Assembly: GCA_030424715.1 (NCBI GenBank)
Contig: JAUHWH010000002.1
Coordinates: forward strand, 147,080-211,079
DNA: 64,000 nucleotides
From: Bdellovibrionia bacterium
Lineage (GTDB): Bacteria; Bdellovibrionota; Bdellovibrionia; Bdellovibrionales; JAGQZY01
Direction of reading: 5' to 3'
Part shown: piece by piece, positions 1 through 9,227 of the stretch
Layout: each line of letters starts with the position of its first letter
Numbering within the stretch: the stretch's first letter is position 1
The notes under the pieces: model-generated
Databases searched by the model: none
What the model saw: the letters and a program-made list of their open reading frames with translations, nothing else
What the model was told of the DNA's origin: nothing
Program-made: the position numbers and the translations under genes

Positions 1-856
1 CGCGAGCCTCTAGCTCGGCAGCGTCCACTTGATGAGCTTCAATGGCGTCTTCTTCTGCCTTGTCCATCAATTGGTCCGCTAGCGACTCCGAGTCTTGCGA
101 GTCGTACTCTTCGACTCGACCCACAACATCGGCAGTGATTTCTCGCTTGGCGGTAAGATAAATATCGCCGTACACTTCGGACTGATAAACCGAAACCAAA
201 CCCATTTTACCCATCTCAAGGGCTGACAAAAACGTGATCAAAAGCTCATCTTTGGTGTCTTCGATACTGGTGATCAAATCTCTTAAAATCACCCGTTGCC
301 CGACCACAAAACGGTCTTTCATCTCTAAAATTCGTCCGGCTATGGAACGGGTTTTTCGGGCCACTTTGTGAACCGCTTTTTTCATTTTTCGAATGCTATT
401 GCGGTAGTGGGCGATCAGAGAAAACAGTCCGCCTTCATCGAGAATGATCTCGCCCTCTTCGTCGCTATGGATCGCCTCGGTTTTACCGCGACGAAAAACA
501 TCGCGACCCAACAAAGGACGACTGTAAAGTTCTTTTGAAGCCTCTTGAAAGGCTTGGTACTCAAGCAACCGATTGACCAGTTCTTTGCGAGGATCTTCGA
601 TCTCTTCTTCTTCGCCATCCTCATTGTAGTTGGGGAGCAACATTTTAGATTTGATCTGCAAAAGAGTGGCAGCCATGGCGATAAAATCGCCAGCCACTTC
701 AAGATCAAACTGCTTCATTTTTTTGATGTATTCGAGGTACTGCGAGGTGATTAGGTAGACATCGATGTCGAAGATGTCCATCTCCTCTTTACGAATCAAA
801 TAAAGAAGTAAGGCCAGCGGCCCTTCGAACTGTGGTATATGAATGGATAGATTCAC
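1..856 (-). CDS. scpA: Segregation and condensation protein A (ScpA), C-terminus cut by window start
   Basis: Manual minus-strand translation from the GTG at 854-856 gives VNLSIHIPQFEGPLALLLYLIRKEEMDIFDIDVYLITSQYLEYIKKM...FIAMAATLLQIKSKMLLP. This matches the classic ScpA N-terminus (FEGPLDLLLHLI, MAATLLxIKSxMLLP). It is absent from the ORF track because the frame runs off the window. There is a GTGA overlap with the upstream M50 gene stop. Confidence 0.8.
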   Translation of the reverse strand, partial: MNLSIHIPQFEGPLALLLYLIRKEEMDIFDIDVYLITSQYLEYIKKMKQFDLEVAGDFIAMAATLLQIKSKMLLPNYNEDGEEEEIEDPRKELVNRLLEYQAFQEASKELYSRPLLGRDVFRRGKTEAIHSDEEGEIILDEGGLFSLIAHYRNSIRKMKKAVHKVARKTRSIAGRILEMKDRFVVGQRVILRDLITSIEDTKDELLITFLSALEMGKMGLVSVYQSEVYGDIYLTAKREITADVVGRVEEYDSQDSESLADQLMDKAEEDAIEAHQVDAAELEAR

Positions 857-1512
857 GCGCCTCCCCCAGCTGCGATCACAAATGACATTGAAGATTGAAC
901 AATTCCATAAAGCGGTTTGGCTAAATAGTGAAAACCACCGGAAAGAATCAACAGCAATAACCCAATATTCAAATGATACTGATGGTCTTCGAGCCAGCGA
1001 TTCCACGTAAATGGAATAAAGCGCTGGATCACCTTTCCGCCATCGAGTGGATGCAAAGGTAATAAATTAAAAAAAGCTAGAATCAAGTTGATAAAAAGAA
1101 AGGTGATGAGCATCTGATTGATCGGGGCGTTCACCGCCTGTCCCCAGAAGTGAAAAGACAAACCAAAAGCCAGAAGACCCACGAAGAACAACAGGATATT
1201 AGAAAGCGGTCCTGCTAATGCCACCCAAAACATATCATTTTTGGGGTCTTTCAAATTACGAGGATTCACCGGCACCGGCTTGGCCCAACCAAATAAAGGC
1301 AACCCAAACAAAATGGCCATAATCGGTAGCGCCACCGTACCCACCCAATCCACATGGGCCATGGGGTTCATAGTCAGGCGACCCATCATTTCGGCGGTAT
1401 TGTCCCCACGCATCTTGGCAACAAAACCGTGAGCGAACTCGTGGAAGCACAGCGCAAACAGAAAAGGAATAAAGAACAAGCCCACTTTAACGGCGGTTTC
1501 TAACGGGTCCAT
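853..1512 (-). CDS. Peptidase M50 (site-2 protease) family membrane metalloprotease
   Basis: 219-aa polytopic ORF with an HExxH motif in a TM helix (CFHEFAHGF) and a later LLPLHPLDGG motif, typical of the short M50B/SpoIVFB-like family. ATG at 1510-1512. Confidence 0.8.
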   Translation of the reverse strand: MDPLETAVKVGLFFIPFLFALCFHEFAHGFVAKMRGDNTAEMMGRLTMNPMAHVDWVGTVALPIMAILFGLPLFGWAKPVPVNPRNLKDPKNDMFWVALAGPLSNILLFFVGLLAFGLSFHFWGQAVNAPINQMLITFLFINLILAFFNLLPLHPLDGGKVIQRFIPFTWNRWLEDHQYHLNIGLLLLILSGGFHYLAKPLYGIVQSSMSFVIAAGGGA

Positions 1513-1644
1513 AGCAAAACTCTAGCCCAAAGGCCTAGGGCTGTCCACAGTGAAGACCCCCCAAAACCAAGATTTATTGCCAGTTTGATCTTCAAAAATG
1601 CCTTGAGATTACTCGCTCTTAACCTTTCGCGTTACAATATTCCT

Positions 1645-2892
1645 GTGAAACTCATCTTGATTGCCAGCTTTTTCATCGCTCTTCCTGTGCTCTGCCATGC
1701 TAGCTATTTCAATCTCAGCAGCACCCTTATCGGAGAGCAGGCCTCGGGCATGGGCGGCGCCTACACGGCAATGAGCGGTGACAGTTCGTCATCGGGCTTC
1801 TACAACCCAGCTTCGCTGGTAAAACTAGAAGGCACTGACATCAGTGCTTCGGCCACGCTATTTAACAAGTACGACACCACCTACGGCGAAGGCAACGACG
1901 TCGTGAAGGCTGGTGAGCGGGTCAACCGAGGCTTTTTTCGCACGATTCCCTCGTCTATCGGAAACGTCTACCGCTACAAAAAATGGGCCTTTGGTTTTAG
2001 CATCGTCGTCCCCGATTATGACTTTTTTGCCGGAAATATCGCCGACGAACCCGATCGCCAATCTTTTTTAAGCTACACCGACGAGAGCCTCTGGAGTGGA
2101 GTGGTTGGCTCCTACAAAGCTAGCCCCACTGAAAGCTTTGGGATTAGCCTGTACTACACGGCCCGCAGCCTGATCCGCTCTTCCCTTGATCGAACCATCG
2201 TTTCACCCACCCACGAGATCATCACCAGCGAAGAAAAAAGCATCAAACACAACAGCCTCGTGGTTGTTCTTGGCTATCTTTGGGATATCAACAAAAAATG
2301 GTCCTTCGGTCTCTCGGCACGGCCACCGGCCATTACGGTATCCGGTGATGGCTCCTACTACCAGGCTGTGACTGATACCAATACCCTCCCCAGCCAAGTC
2401 ACCCAAGTGCGCAATACCAAAGCCACCACCTACATCCCTCCCCGCTACTCCATGGGCTTTGTGTTTCGCCCCAGTGAGCGCCTGACCCTATCGGCGGATG
2501 GAAGCTACTACACCGGCTTTGGCTACCAGGACATTGATCAACCACAAGCCTTTGACAGCATCCAACACACAAACACTTGGAACGCTTCTATCGGAATGGA
2601 GTACCAACTGAGATGGCCCAAAGCCAAACTCCGGGCGGGCCTCTTCACCAACAACTCATCAATTGAAGAGCCACGTGCCAACCCTCAGTTTCGCACCGGA
2701 GATCACATCGATATGCTAGGCTTTTCTAGCAACGTGAACTTTTTGGTATCAGAACAATCGAGTTACACCATTGGTGGGTTTTACACGGGGGGCAAAGGCT
2801 ACAGTGTGCAACGCACGGGCAACCAACTGGTCCGACTGGATAAAACCCAACACATCTTTTCGCTTCTGATCAGCACCTCATATCGTTTTTAA
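1645..2892 (+). CDS. Outer-membrane transport protein, FadL/OmpP1/TodX-like beta-barrel
   Basis: A GTG at 1645 gives the signal peptide VKLILIASFFIALPVLCHA. The N-terminal motif EQASGMGGAYTAMSGDSSSSGFYNPASL resembles the FadL-family hatch region. Alternating beta-strand pattern with C-terminal ...STSYRF. It lies next to beta-oxidation genes. The track start at 1585 (TTG) is less likely. Confidence 0.6.
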   Translation: MKLILIASFFIALPVLCHASYFNLSSTLIGEQASGMGGAYTAMSGDSSSSGFYNPASLVKLEGTDISASATLFNKYDTTYGEGNDVVKAGERVNRGFFRTIPSSIGNVYRYKKWAFGFSIVVPDYDFFAGNIADEPDRQSFLSYTDESLWSGVVGSYKASPTESFGISLYYTARSLIRSSLDRTIVSPTHEIITSEEKSIKHNSLVVVLGYLWDINKKWSFGLSARPPAITVSGDGSYYQAVTDTNTLPSQVTQVRNTKATTYIPPRYSMGFVFRPSERLTLSADGSYYTGFGYQDIDQPQAFDSIQHTNTWNASIGMEYQLRWPKAKLRAGLFTNNSSIEEPRANPQFRTGDHIDMLGFSSNVNFLVSEQSSYTIGGFYTGGKGYSVQRTGNQLVRLDKTQHIFSLLISTSYRF

Positions 2893-3007
2893 TCCAGCAA
2901 AACGCTAAGTATTTAGATTCACTTAAAGAAGATGGCTCCGCGCCACCTCGCGATTTGACTTCATAGGGGTTTCCACTCTAAAACAGCATCCTACAAAAGG
3001 AGACCCC

Positions 3008-4159
3008 ATGAACCAACCTGCTGTTACTACCTGGAGCGAAGATGAACAGGCCTTCCGTATGGCCATCAGAGAATTTGCGGAGTCGGTGATCAAACCGAAG
3101 GTTCACGAAATGGACAAAAACCAACAAATGGACCCCGAGATCGTGCAACAACTTTTTCAAATGGGACTGATGGGGATTGAAACTCCTGAGAAGTTTGGTG
3201 GCTCCGCCAGCTCTTTTACTATGGCCTGTATCGCCATTGAAGAACTGGCTCGTATCGATGGCTCAGTGAGCGTGCTTTGCGACGTGCAAAACACCTTGGT
3301 AACCAATGCCTTTTTGAACTACGCCAATGAGTCACTGCAAGATAAATATTTGCCAAAACTCGCCCAAGAGTGGGTGGGCGCCTATGCACTCTCGGAGAGT
3401 GGATCGGGCTCCGATGCTTTTGCTTTGGGACTCAAAGCCGAAGACAAGGGCGACAAATATGTACTGAACGGTCACAAACTATGGATCACCAATGGTAAAG
3501 AGGCCAGCGTGTTTTTGGTTTTCGCCAACCTGAACCCGGAAGCTGGCTATAAAGGTATTACTGGCTTTGTGGTCGAAAAAGACTTTCCAGGGTTCTCGGT
3601 CGGCAAAAAAGAAGACAAATTGGGTATTCGTGCCAGTTCGACCTGCGAACTTTTGTTTGAAAATTGCGAAGTCCCAAAAGACAACGTCATCGGAGAAGTG
3701 GGCAAAGGATACAAAATCGCCATTGAAACTCTCAATGAAGGACGTATCGGCATTGGTGCTCAAATGGTGGGTATCGCCCAGGGCGCCTACGAAGCAGCGC
3801 TGAACTACGTGCAAGGTCGTGAGCAGTTTGGAAAGCCCCTCGCGAAATTTCAAGGCATTCAGTTTCAATTGGCTGAAATGCGAACCGAACTGGAAGCTGC
3901 AAAACTTATGGTCTACAATGCGGCTCGCTTGAAAGACTCTGGCGAAAGCTTTATTCAAGAAGCCGCAATGGCAAAACTTTTCTCCTCGCAAGCGGCTGAA
4001 AAGATCACATCACTGGCTATCGACCTTTTTGGAGGCAACGGTTTCACAACCGAATACCCTGTTGAGAAGTTCTGGCGTGATGCAAAGATTGGTCAGATCT
4101 ACGAAGGCACTAGCAATATGCAAAAACAAACCATCGCCAAAATGGAGTTGGACCGCTAG
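3008..4159 (+). CDS. Acyl-CoA dehydrogenase, short/branched-chain type (ACADSB-like)
   Basis: 383 aa. Motifs YALSESGSGSDAF, KLWITNG and a C-terminal IYEGTSNMQ are typical ACAD signatures. The N-terminal region is similar to 2-methylbutyryl/short-chain ACADs. Confidence 0.9.
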   Translation: MNQPAVTTWSEDEQAFRMAIREFAESVIKPKVHEMDKNQQMDPEIVQQLFQMGLMGIETPEKFGGSASSFTMACIAIEELARIDGSVSVLCDVQNTLVTNAFLNYANESLQDKYLPKLAQEWVGAYALSESGSGSDAFALGLKAEDKGDKYVLNGHKLWITNGKEASVFLVFANLNPEAGYKGITGFVVEKDFPGFSVGKKEDKLGIRASSTCELLFENCEVPKDNVIGEVGKGYKIAIETLNEGRIGIGAQMVGIAQGAYEAALNYVQGREQFGKPLAKFQGIQFQLAEMRTELEAAKLMVYNAARLKDSGESFIQEAAMAKLFSSQAAEKITSLAIDLFGGNGFTTEYPVEKFWRDAKIGQIYEGTSNMQKQTIAKMELDR

Positions 4160-4189
4160 CTCCCTTTTACGGGCCATGCCCTTTGACAA

Positions 4190-4218
4190 CTCAGCGGCTC
4201 CACAATTCAACCGCTGAG
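4190..4218. terminator. Hairpin between the convergent acd and icmF genes (possible terminator)
   Basis: ctcagcgg (4190-4197) pairs with ccgctgag (4211-4218) around a 13-nt loop. There is no clear U-tract, so the call is weak. Confidence 0.3.
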
Positions 4219-4237
4219 CAACACACTCACCCCGTCC

Positions 4238-7200
4238 CTAGAGGTTGCGTCGGTATTGGCCGCCCATTTCAAAAAGAGCTTGGGTCATCTCGTTTAACGA
4301 ACAAACCCGGGCCGCGTCCATCAAAGCGGCAAAGATATTGTCCCCTTGCAGGGCTGCGAGCTTCAACTTCTTCAATTGCTCGTCGGCCTCAGTCGCGTGA
4401 GTCTTTTGAAAGGCTTTCAAGTTGTTGAGCTGCTGATTCTTCTCCTCTTGAGAAGCACGGGCCATCTCGATTTTTTCGGGAACATAGCCCTCTTTCAAAG
4501 TCTCAGGATTGATAAATTGGTTCACGCCCACAATTGGTAAATCGCCTGAGTGCTTGAGGTGCTCGTAGTGCATGGACTCTTCCTGGATTTTGCCACGCTG
4601 GTACTGGGTCTCCATGGCCCCGAGTACGCCTCCACGTTCACTGATGCGCATAAATTCGGTTAAAATCGCCTCTTCGACGAGCTCAGTCAACTCGGTCATA
4701 AAAAAGGACCCCTGATTAGGGTTTTCATTTTTTGCCACGCCAAACTCTTTATTGATAATCATCTGGATGGCCATGGCGCGACGAACCGACTCTTCTGTGG
4801 GTGTGGTGATGGCTTCGTCATAAGCATTGGTGTGAAGCGAGTTGCAGTTATCGTAAATGGCTAACAAGGCCTGCAGAGTGGTTCGGATATCGTTGAAGTC
4901 AATCTCTTGGGCGTGTAGCGAGCGCCCTGAGGTTTGGATATGGTACTTCAACTTTTGCGACCTTGGACTTCCTTTGTAAAGATTCTTCATCGCCACGGCC
5001 CAAATCCGACGAGCCACGCGACCGATGACCGCATACTCAGGGTCCATACCATTACTAAAAAAGAAGGACAGATTCGGAGCAAAGTCATCGATGTCCATGC
5101 CACGCGACAAATAGTATTCCACAAAGGTAAAGGCGTTGCTCAGGGTAAAGGCCACCTGACTGATGGGATTGGCTCCGGCCTCGGCGATATGATAACCGGA
5201 GATGCTAACGGAGTAAAAATTCCGCACTTTGTTCTCGTTAAAATACTGTTGAATATCACCCATCATCTTCAAAGCAAAATCGATAGAAAAGATACAGGTG
5301 TTTTGCCCCTGGTCCTCTTTCAAAATATCGGCCTGAACCGTACCACGCACACTTTGCAGGGCTTCTGTCTTAGCCTGTTCCCACTCTGCAGAACTCAGGG
5401 CGCTGCCTTTTTCTTTTTCTTTTTTCTCGACCAGCTGATCAATAGCGGTGTTAAAGAAGAAAGCCAGAATCATGGGGGCCGGACCATTGATCGTCATACT
5501 GACGGAGGTTGTTGGTGAGGTCAGCTCAAAGCCATCGTAGAGCTTTTTCATATCATCGAGAGTGCAAATACTCACACCACTCTCCCCCACTTTACCAAAA
5601 ATATCGGGTCGCTCATGGGGGTCAAAGCCATACAAAGTGACGCTATCAAACGCGGTCGACAGCCTCTTGGCGGGAGCATCTTTGGATAGGTAATGAAAAC
5701 GCCGGTTGGTTCTTTCGGGCGTGCCCTCACCGGCAAACATGCGAGTGGGATCTTCGCCCACGCGCTTAAGCGGGAAAACCCCAGCCGTGTAGGGAAAACT
5801 TCCGGGCACATTCTCTAAGCGAAGAAATTTCAGACGATCGCCCCAGTCGGTGAACTGAGGTGGCGCCACCCTGGGAATCATGGTTCCACTTAAAGATTCA
5901 TTGAACAGAGGCTGTCGAAACTCTTTGTCTCGCACCTTGTAGACATACTCGTCGGCCTTGTAGGTTTCGATCATCTGATCCCAACCATCAAGCTCTTGCA
6001 AGCATTCGTCGGGAATCTCTTTTTTGTATTGGTCTTCTAGGTTTTTCGATTCGTTGAGGTCTTCTTTAATTTTATAATAACTACCAAGCTTTGAGGCTTT
6101 TTCAGCGAGTGCCAAGGTTTCTTTCTTATAGCTGCGCACAGAGGCCACAATTTCGGCTAGATAATTCTGCCGCTCCGGTGGAATGATACTTTGCTTTTCG
6201 GCACCACGCACCTGTGCCTTCTGCTCATCGGTGAGGCTCCACGTGTAGGATGGGTCTCGTTTAGCCAGTTCGTCAGAGAGGGCAAAGAACAAATGATTCA
6301 CGCCCAAGTCATTAAATTGGGCCGCTTGGGTGAGGTACACAGGAATATCAGAATCTTTCGCTTCAAAAACCTTACGAGACCGCTTGTATTGTTTGCGCAC
6401 ATCTCTCAAGGCATCTTGCGAGCCACGGTGGTCCGCTTTGTTAATAGCAATCAGGTCGGCAAAATCGATCATATCAATTTTCTCAAGCTGCGATTGTGCA
6501 CCGAACTCAGAGGTCATCACATACAAGGCCAAATCACAGACCTCGGTAATCGCCACGTTGGCCTGGCCAATCCCTGATGTCTCGGCAATAATCAAATCAA
6601 AATCGTAACCTTTCATAAGGTCCAACATTTTGGGTAGAGAGCCAGCGATTTCAGAGCCTGAACCCCGCGAAGCCACCGAGCGCATAAAAACACCCGGACG
6701 TGATAACGAGTTCATTCGAATTCGATCACCGAGGAGAGATCCCCCCGTTTTGCGTTTCGACGGGTCGACACAAATCACACCCACTTTCAGATCAGCATAG
6801 GAGTTGAGCAATCGCTGAATCAATTCGTCGACCAAACTGGACTTGCCAGCGCCTCCCGTTCCGGTCACACCGAGCACCAGTGGAGCGGTCTCTTTCTTGA
6901 ATGCAGAGAGTTCTGACAACACGGGTTCCGGCATTGCTTGGTCAGTATCAATGGCATCAAGGGCGACACCTAAAAGTCGATGTGGGAGCTCTTCTCGCCC
7001 AGCGAGTGACTGATTGAAGGTTTTGGCTTTTGCGATGGCCTCTTGGACTGAGAAGTCACACTTCTCCATGATTAAGTTAATCATGCCATCGAGTCCCATT
7101 TTACGACCATCATCGGGATGAAATATAAAATCGATCCCATACTTTTCAAGTTCTGTTTTTTCCTCGTGAATGATCACGCCTCCGCCACCACCAAACGTTT

Positions 7201-7471
7201 TGACATAATCGGCGCCCGCTTCAACGAGAAGATCTTTCATGTATTTAAAATACTCCATATGCCCGCCCTGGTAGGACGACAGACAAACCCCATGAGCCCC
7301 TTCTTGCAACGCGGCGGTCACCACATCGAGAACACTGCGATTGTGCCCAAGATGAATCACCTCGGCACCCGCATCCTGCAACAAGCGGCGAATCATATTA
7401 ATACTGGCATCGTGTCCATCGAAGAGACTTGCGGCTGTAACGATGCGAATGGGGTTTTTCCGTTGCGGCAT
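4238..7471 (-). CDS. icmF: Fused isobutyryl-CoA mutase IcmF (B12-binding domain + MeaB-like GTPase + mutase TIM-barrel domain)
   Basis: 1077 aa. The N-terminus RIVTAASLFDGHDASINMI...HLGHNRS is a cobalamin-binding DxH-type region. The middle has the P-loop GVTGTGGAGKSSLVDEL and NKAD of MeaB/ArgK-type G proteins. The C-terminal ~550 aa is a methylmalonyl-CoA mutase-like catalytic domain. The domain order matches IcmF. Confidence 0.9.
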   Translation of the reverse strand: MPQRKNPIRIVTAASLFDGHDASINMIRRLLQDAGAEVIHLGHNRSVLDVVTAALQEGAHGVCLSSYQGGHMEYFKYMKDLLVEAGADYVKTFGGGGGVIIHEEKTELEKYGIDFIFHPDDGRKMGLDGMINLIMEKCDFSVQEAIAKAKTFNQSLAGREELPHRLLGVALDAIDTDQAMPEPVLSELSAFKKETAPLVLGVTGTGGAGKSSLVDELIQRLLNSYADLKVGVICVDPSKRKTGGSLLGDRIRMNSLSRPGVFMRSVASRGSGSEIAGSLPKMLDLMKGYDFDLIIAETSGIGQANVAITEVCDLALYVMTSEFGAQSQLEKIDMIDFADLIAINKADHRGSQDALRDVRKQYKRSRKVFEAKDSDIPVYLTQAAQFNDLGVNHLFFALSDELAKRDPSYTWSLTDEQKAQVRGAEKQSIIPPERQNYLAEIVASVRSYKKETLALAEKASKLGSYYKIKEDLNESKNLEDQYKKEIPDECLQELDGWDQMIETYKADEYVYKVRDKEFRQPLFNESLSGTMIPRVAPPQFTDWGDRLKFLRLENVPGSFPYTAGVFPLKRVGEDPTRMFAGEGTPERTNRRFHYLSKDAPAKRLSTAFDSVTLYGFDPHERPDIFGKVGESGVSICTLDDMKKLYDGFELTSPTTSVSMTINGPAPMILAFFFNTAIDQLVEKKEKEKGSALSSAEWEQAKTEALQSVRGTVQADILKEDQGQNTCIFSIDFALKMMGDIQQYFNENKVRNFYSVSISGYHIAEAGANPISQVAFTLSNAFTFVEYYLSRGMDIDDFAPNLSFFFSNGMDPEYAVIGRVARRIWAVAMKNLYKGSPRSQKLKYHIQTSGRSLHAQEIDFNDIRTTLQALLAIYDNCNSLHTNAYDEAITTPTEESVRRAMAIQMIINKEFGVAKNENPNQGSFFMTELTELVEEAILTEFMRISERGGVLGAMETQYQRGKIQEESMHYEHLKHSGDLPIVGVNQFINPETLKEGYVPEKIEMARASQEEKNQQLNNLKAFQKTHATEADEQLKKLKLAALQGDNIFAALMDAARVCSLNEMTQALFEMGGQYRRNL

Positions 7472-7473
7472 AA

Positions 7474-8250
7474 CTATTGTCCTACGAATTCGGGTTTACG
7501 TTTTTCAATGAAAGCGGCTGTGCCCTCTTTGCAGTCTTTGGAGTGAAACAACTGGGCGAATTCTTTTTTCTCCACCTCCATGGCATCACTAGCAGCCATG
7601 CCATAAGTGGCATTGATGGTTCGCTTGATGGCAGCCAAGGCTTTCGGCGCCCGACTGGCAATGGTTGTTGCAACCATCTTAGCCCGTTCCATGACTTTCT
7701 CCGGAGCACATACTTCGTTCACCAAACCAAAACCCAAGGCATCTTCTGCCGAGATCAGGTCGCCGGTCATGGTCAACTGCTTGGCCTGGCCGGGCCCAAT
7801 TTTTCTCGTCAAACGAACGCTCCCGCCAAAGCCTGGCATCAAACCAAGAGTACACTCCGGCAATCCAAACTTGGCTTTTTCAGAAGCAAAAATAAAGTCA
7901 CAAGCCATAGCGAGCTCTAGCCCGCCACCTAACGCAAAACCATTCACAGCGGCAATCACCGGAATATCGAGCTGCTCAATCTTCATAAAAACGCCTTGCC
8001 CCTGGCCGGCAAATTGCGAGGCTTGCTCGGGGTCTAGAGAATGGATCTCTTTGATATCAGCCCCTGCAACGAAGGCCTTTTCGCCAGCACCCGTTACAAT
8101 GAGACAGCGTAGTTCGGAGTCACTAGCAACCTGCCCTAACACCTCATCAAGTTCTTTTAACAAATCACTACTCAAAGCGTTCAAGGCATGGGGTTTGTTG
8201 ATTGTGATAACACCGATGGCGTTCGCTTTTTCAAAAAGGACCAAACTCAT
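7474..8250 (-). CDS. Enoyl-CoA hydratase (crotonase family)
   Basis: 258 aa. Motifs ITINKPHALNAL, GAGEKAFVAGADIKE and AAVNGFALGGGLELAMACD form the crotonase fold signature. ATGA overlap with the hbd stop. Its stop lies 2 nt from the icmF start. Confidence 0.9.
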   Translation of the reverse strand: MSLVLFEKANAIGVITINKPHALNALSSDLLKELDEVLGQVASDSELRCLIVTGAGEKAFVAGADIKEIHSLDPEQASQFAGQGQGVFMKIEQLDIPVIAAVNGFALGGGLELAMACDFIFASEKAKFGLPECTLGLMPGFGGSVRLTRKIGPGQAKQLTMTGDLISAEDALGFGLVNEVCAPEKVMERAKMVATTIASRAPKALAAIKRTINATYGMAASDAMEVEKKEFAQLFHSKDCKEGTAAFIEKRKPEFVGQ

Positions 8251-9119
8251 GACTGCTCCCCATAGTTATAAAATCCACGACCAGATTTGCGTCCCAGCCA
8301 GCCCGCCTCCACGTACTTTACGAGCAGCGGACAAGGACGATACTTGGTGTCACCCAATCCATCGTGCAGAACATTCATGATTGCCAAACAGGTATCAAGA
8401 CCAATGAAGTCCGCCAAAGTGAGTGGCCCCATGGGTTGATTGGTTCCCAGCTTCATGGCCGAGTCGATGGCCTCCACTTCAGCAATGCCTTCGTACAAAG
8501 CGTAGACCGCTTCGTTGATCATGGGCATGAGAATCCGGTTGACGATAAAGCCCGGCATGTCTCGTCCCTCAACAAATATTTTGCCCAGACTTTCAGTGGC
8601 TTGCCGAACTTTGTTGAAAGTCTCGTCAGAGGTTTGCAAACCGCGAATCCCTTCAACCAATGTCATAATCGGTACCGGATTCATAAAGTGCATCCCCGCC
8701 ACTTGGGTGGGGCGCTGAGTGGCTCCTGCAATTTTAGTAATTGAGATGGATGACGTGTTTGTACAAAGCAAAGTATTTTGCGGAGCAATTTCATCCAGTT
8801 GCCGAAAAATCTTCAACTTTAGATCTAGGTTTTCAGTGGCCGCCTCAACGATGAAGTCACAGTCGCCAAAGGCTTTCATGTCTGTTGAAGTCTGAACGTT
8901 GGCCAATAAGGTCTCTTTTTCTCCAGCCGTCATCTTTTCTTTTTTAACCAAACGGTCACAACTTTTGGTGATCGTGGCTAGACCTTTTTCTAGAGCCTGC
9001 TCGCTGATATCCACCATCATCACCGGAACATTTTTCGCCGCAAAGACTTGCGCGATCCCATTGCCCATCTGACCGGCTCCAACCACACCTAATTTTTGTA
9101 AAGACATACCCACTCCCAT
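8247..9119 (-). CDS. hbd: 3-hydroxybutyryl-CoA dehydrogenase
   Basis: Rossmann motif LGVVGAGQMGNGIAQV and a 3HCDH C-terminal domain (GFIVNRIL, PMGPLTLADFIGLD). The likely start is the ATG at 9105-9107 (MSLQKLG, preceded by GGAG) rather than 9119. Confidence 0.9.
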   Translation of the reverse strand: MGVGMSLQKLGVVGAGQMGNGIAQVFAAKNVPVMMVDISEQALEKGLATITKSCDRLVKKEKMTAGEKETLLANVQTSTDMKAFGDCDFIVEAATENLDLKLKIFRQLDEIAPQNTLLCTNTSSISITKIAGATQRPTQVAGMHFMNPVPIMTLVEGIRGLQTSDETFNKVRQATESLGKIFVEGRDMPGFIVNRILMPMINEAVYALYEGIAEVEAIDSAMKLGTNQPMGPLTLADFIGLDTCLAIMNVLHDGLGDTKYRPCPLLVKYVEAGWLGRKSGRGFYNYGEQS

Positions 9120-9227
9120 TTTGATTTGAGCTTAGGTTTATACCCAGGGTCAGGGGCTTTGTAAACTCTTGAGAACAATGGAAAAACTGGCCTTGAGGGT
9201 GTCAGTTTGACACCCCACAATACTAGT

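Noticed and set aside
415-754. The track ORFs 415-708 (-) and 545-754 (+).
   Set aside because: The region is fully explained by the scpA reading frame (a different minus-strand frame) found by manual translation.
4934-5518. The 194-aa ORF antisense to icmF, plus similar antisense ORFs at 48853-49491, 54354-54875, 3479-3991 and 17190-17690.
   Set aside because: All lie entirely inside strongly supported genes on the other strand and show no recognisable motifs.
7607-8380. A 257-aa ORF on the + strand spanning the crt/hbd junction.
   Set aside because: It is antisense to two well-supported genes. Its product is S/P/A-rich junk-like sequence. There is no RBS or domain signal. This is a typical shadow ORF.
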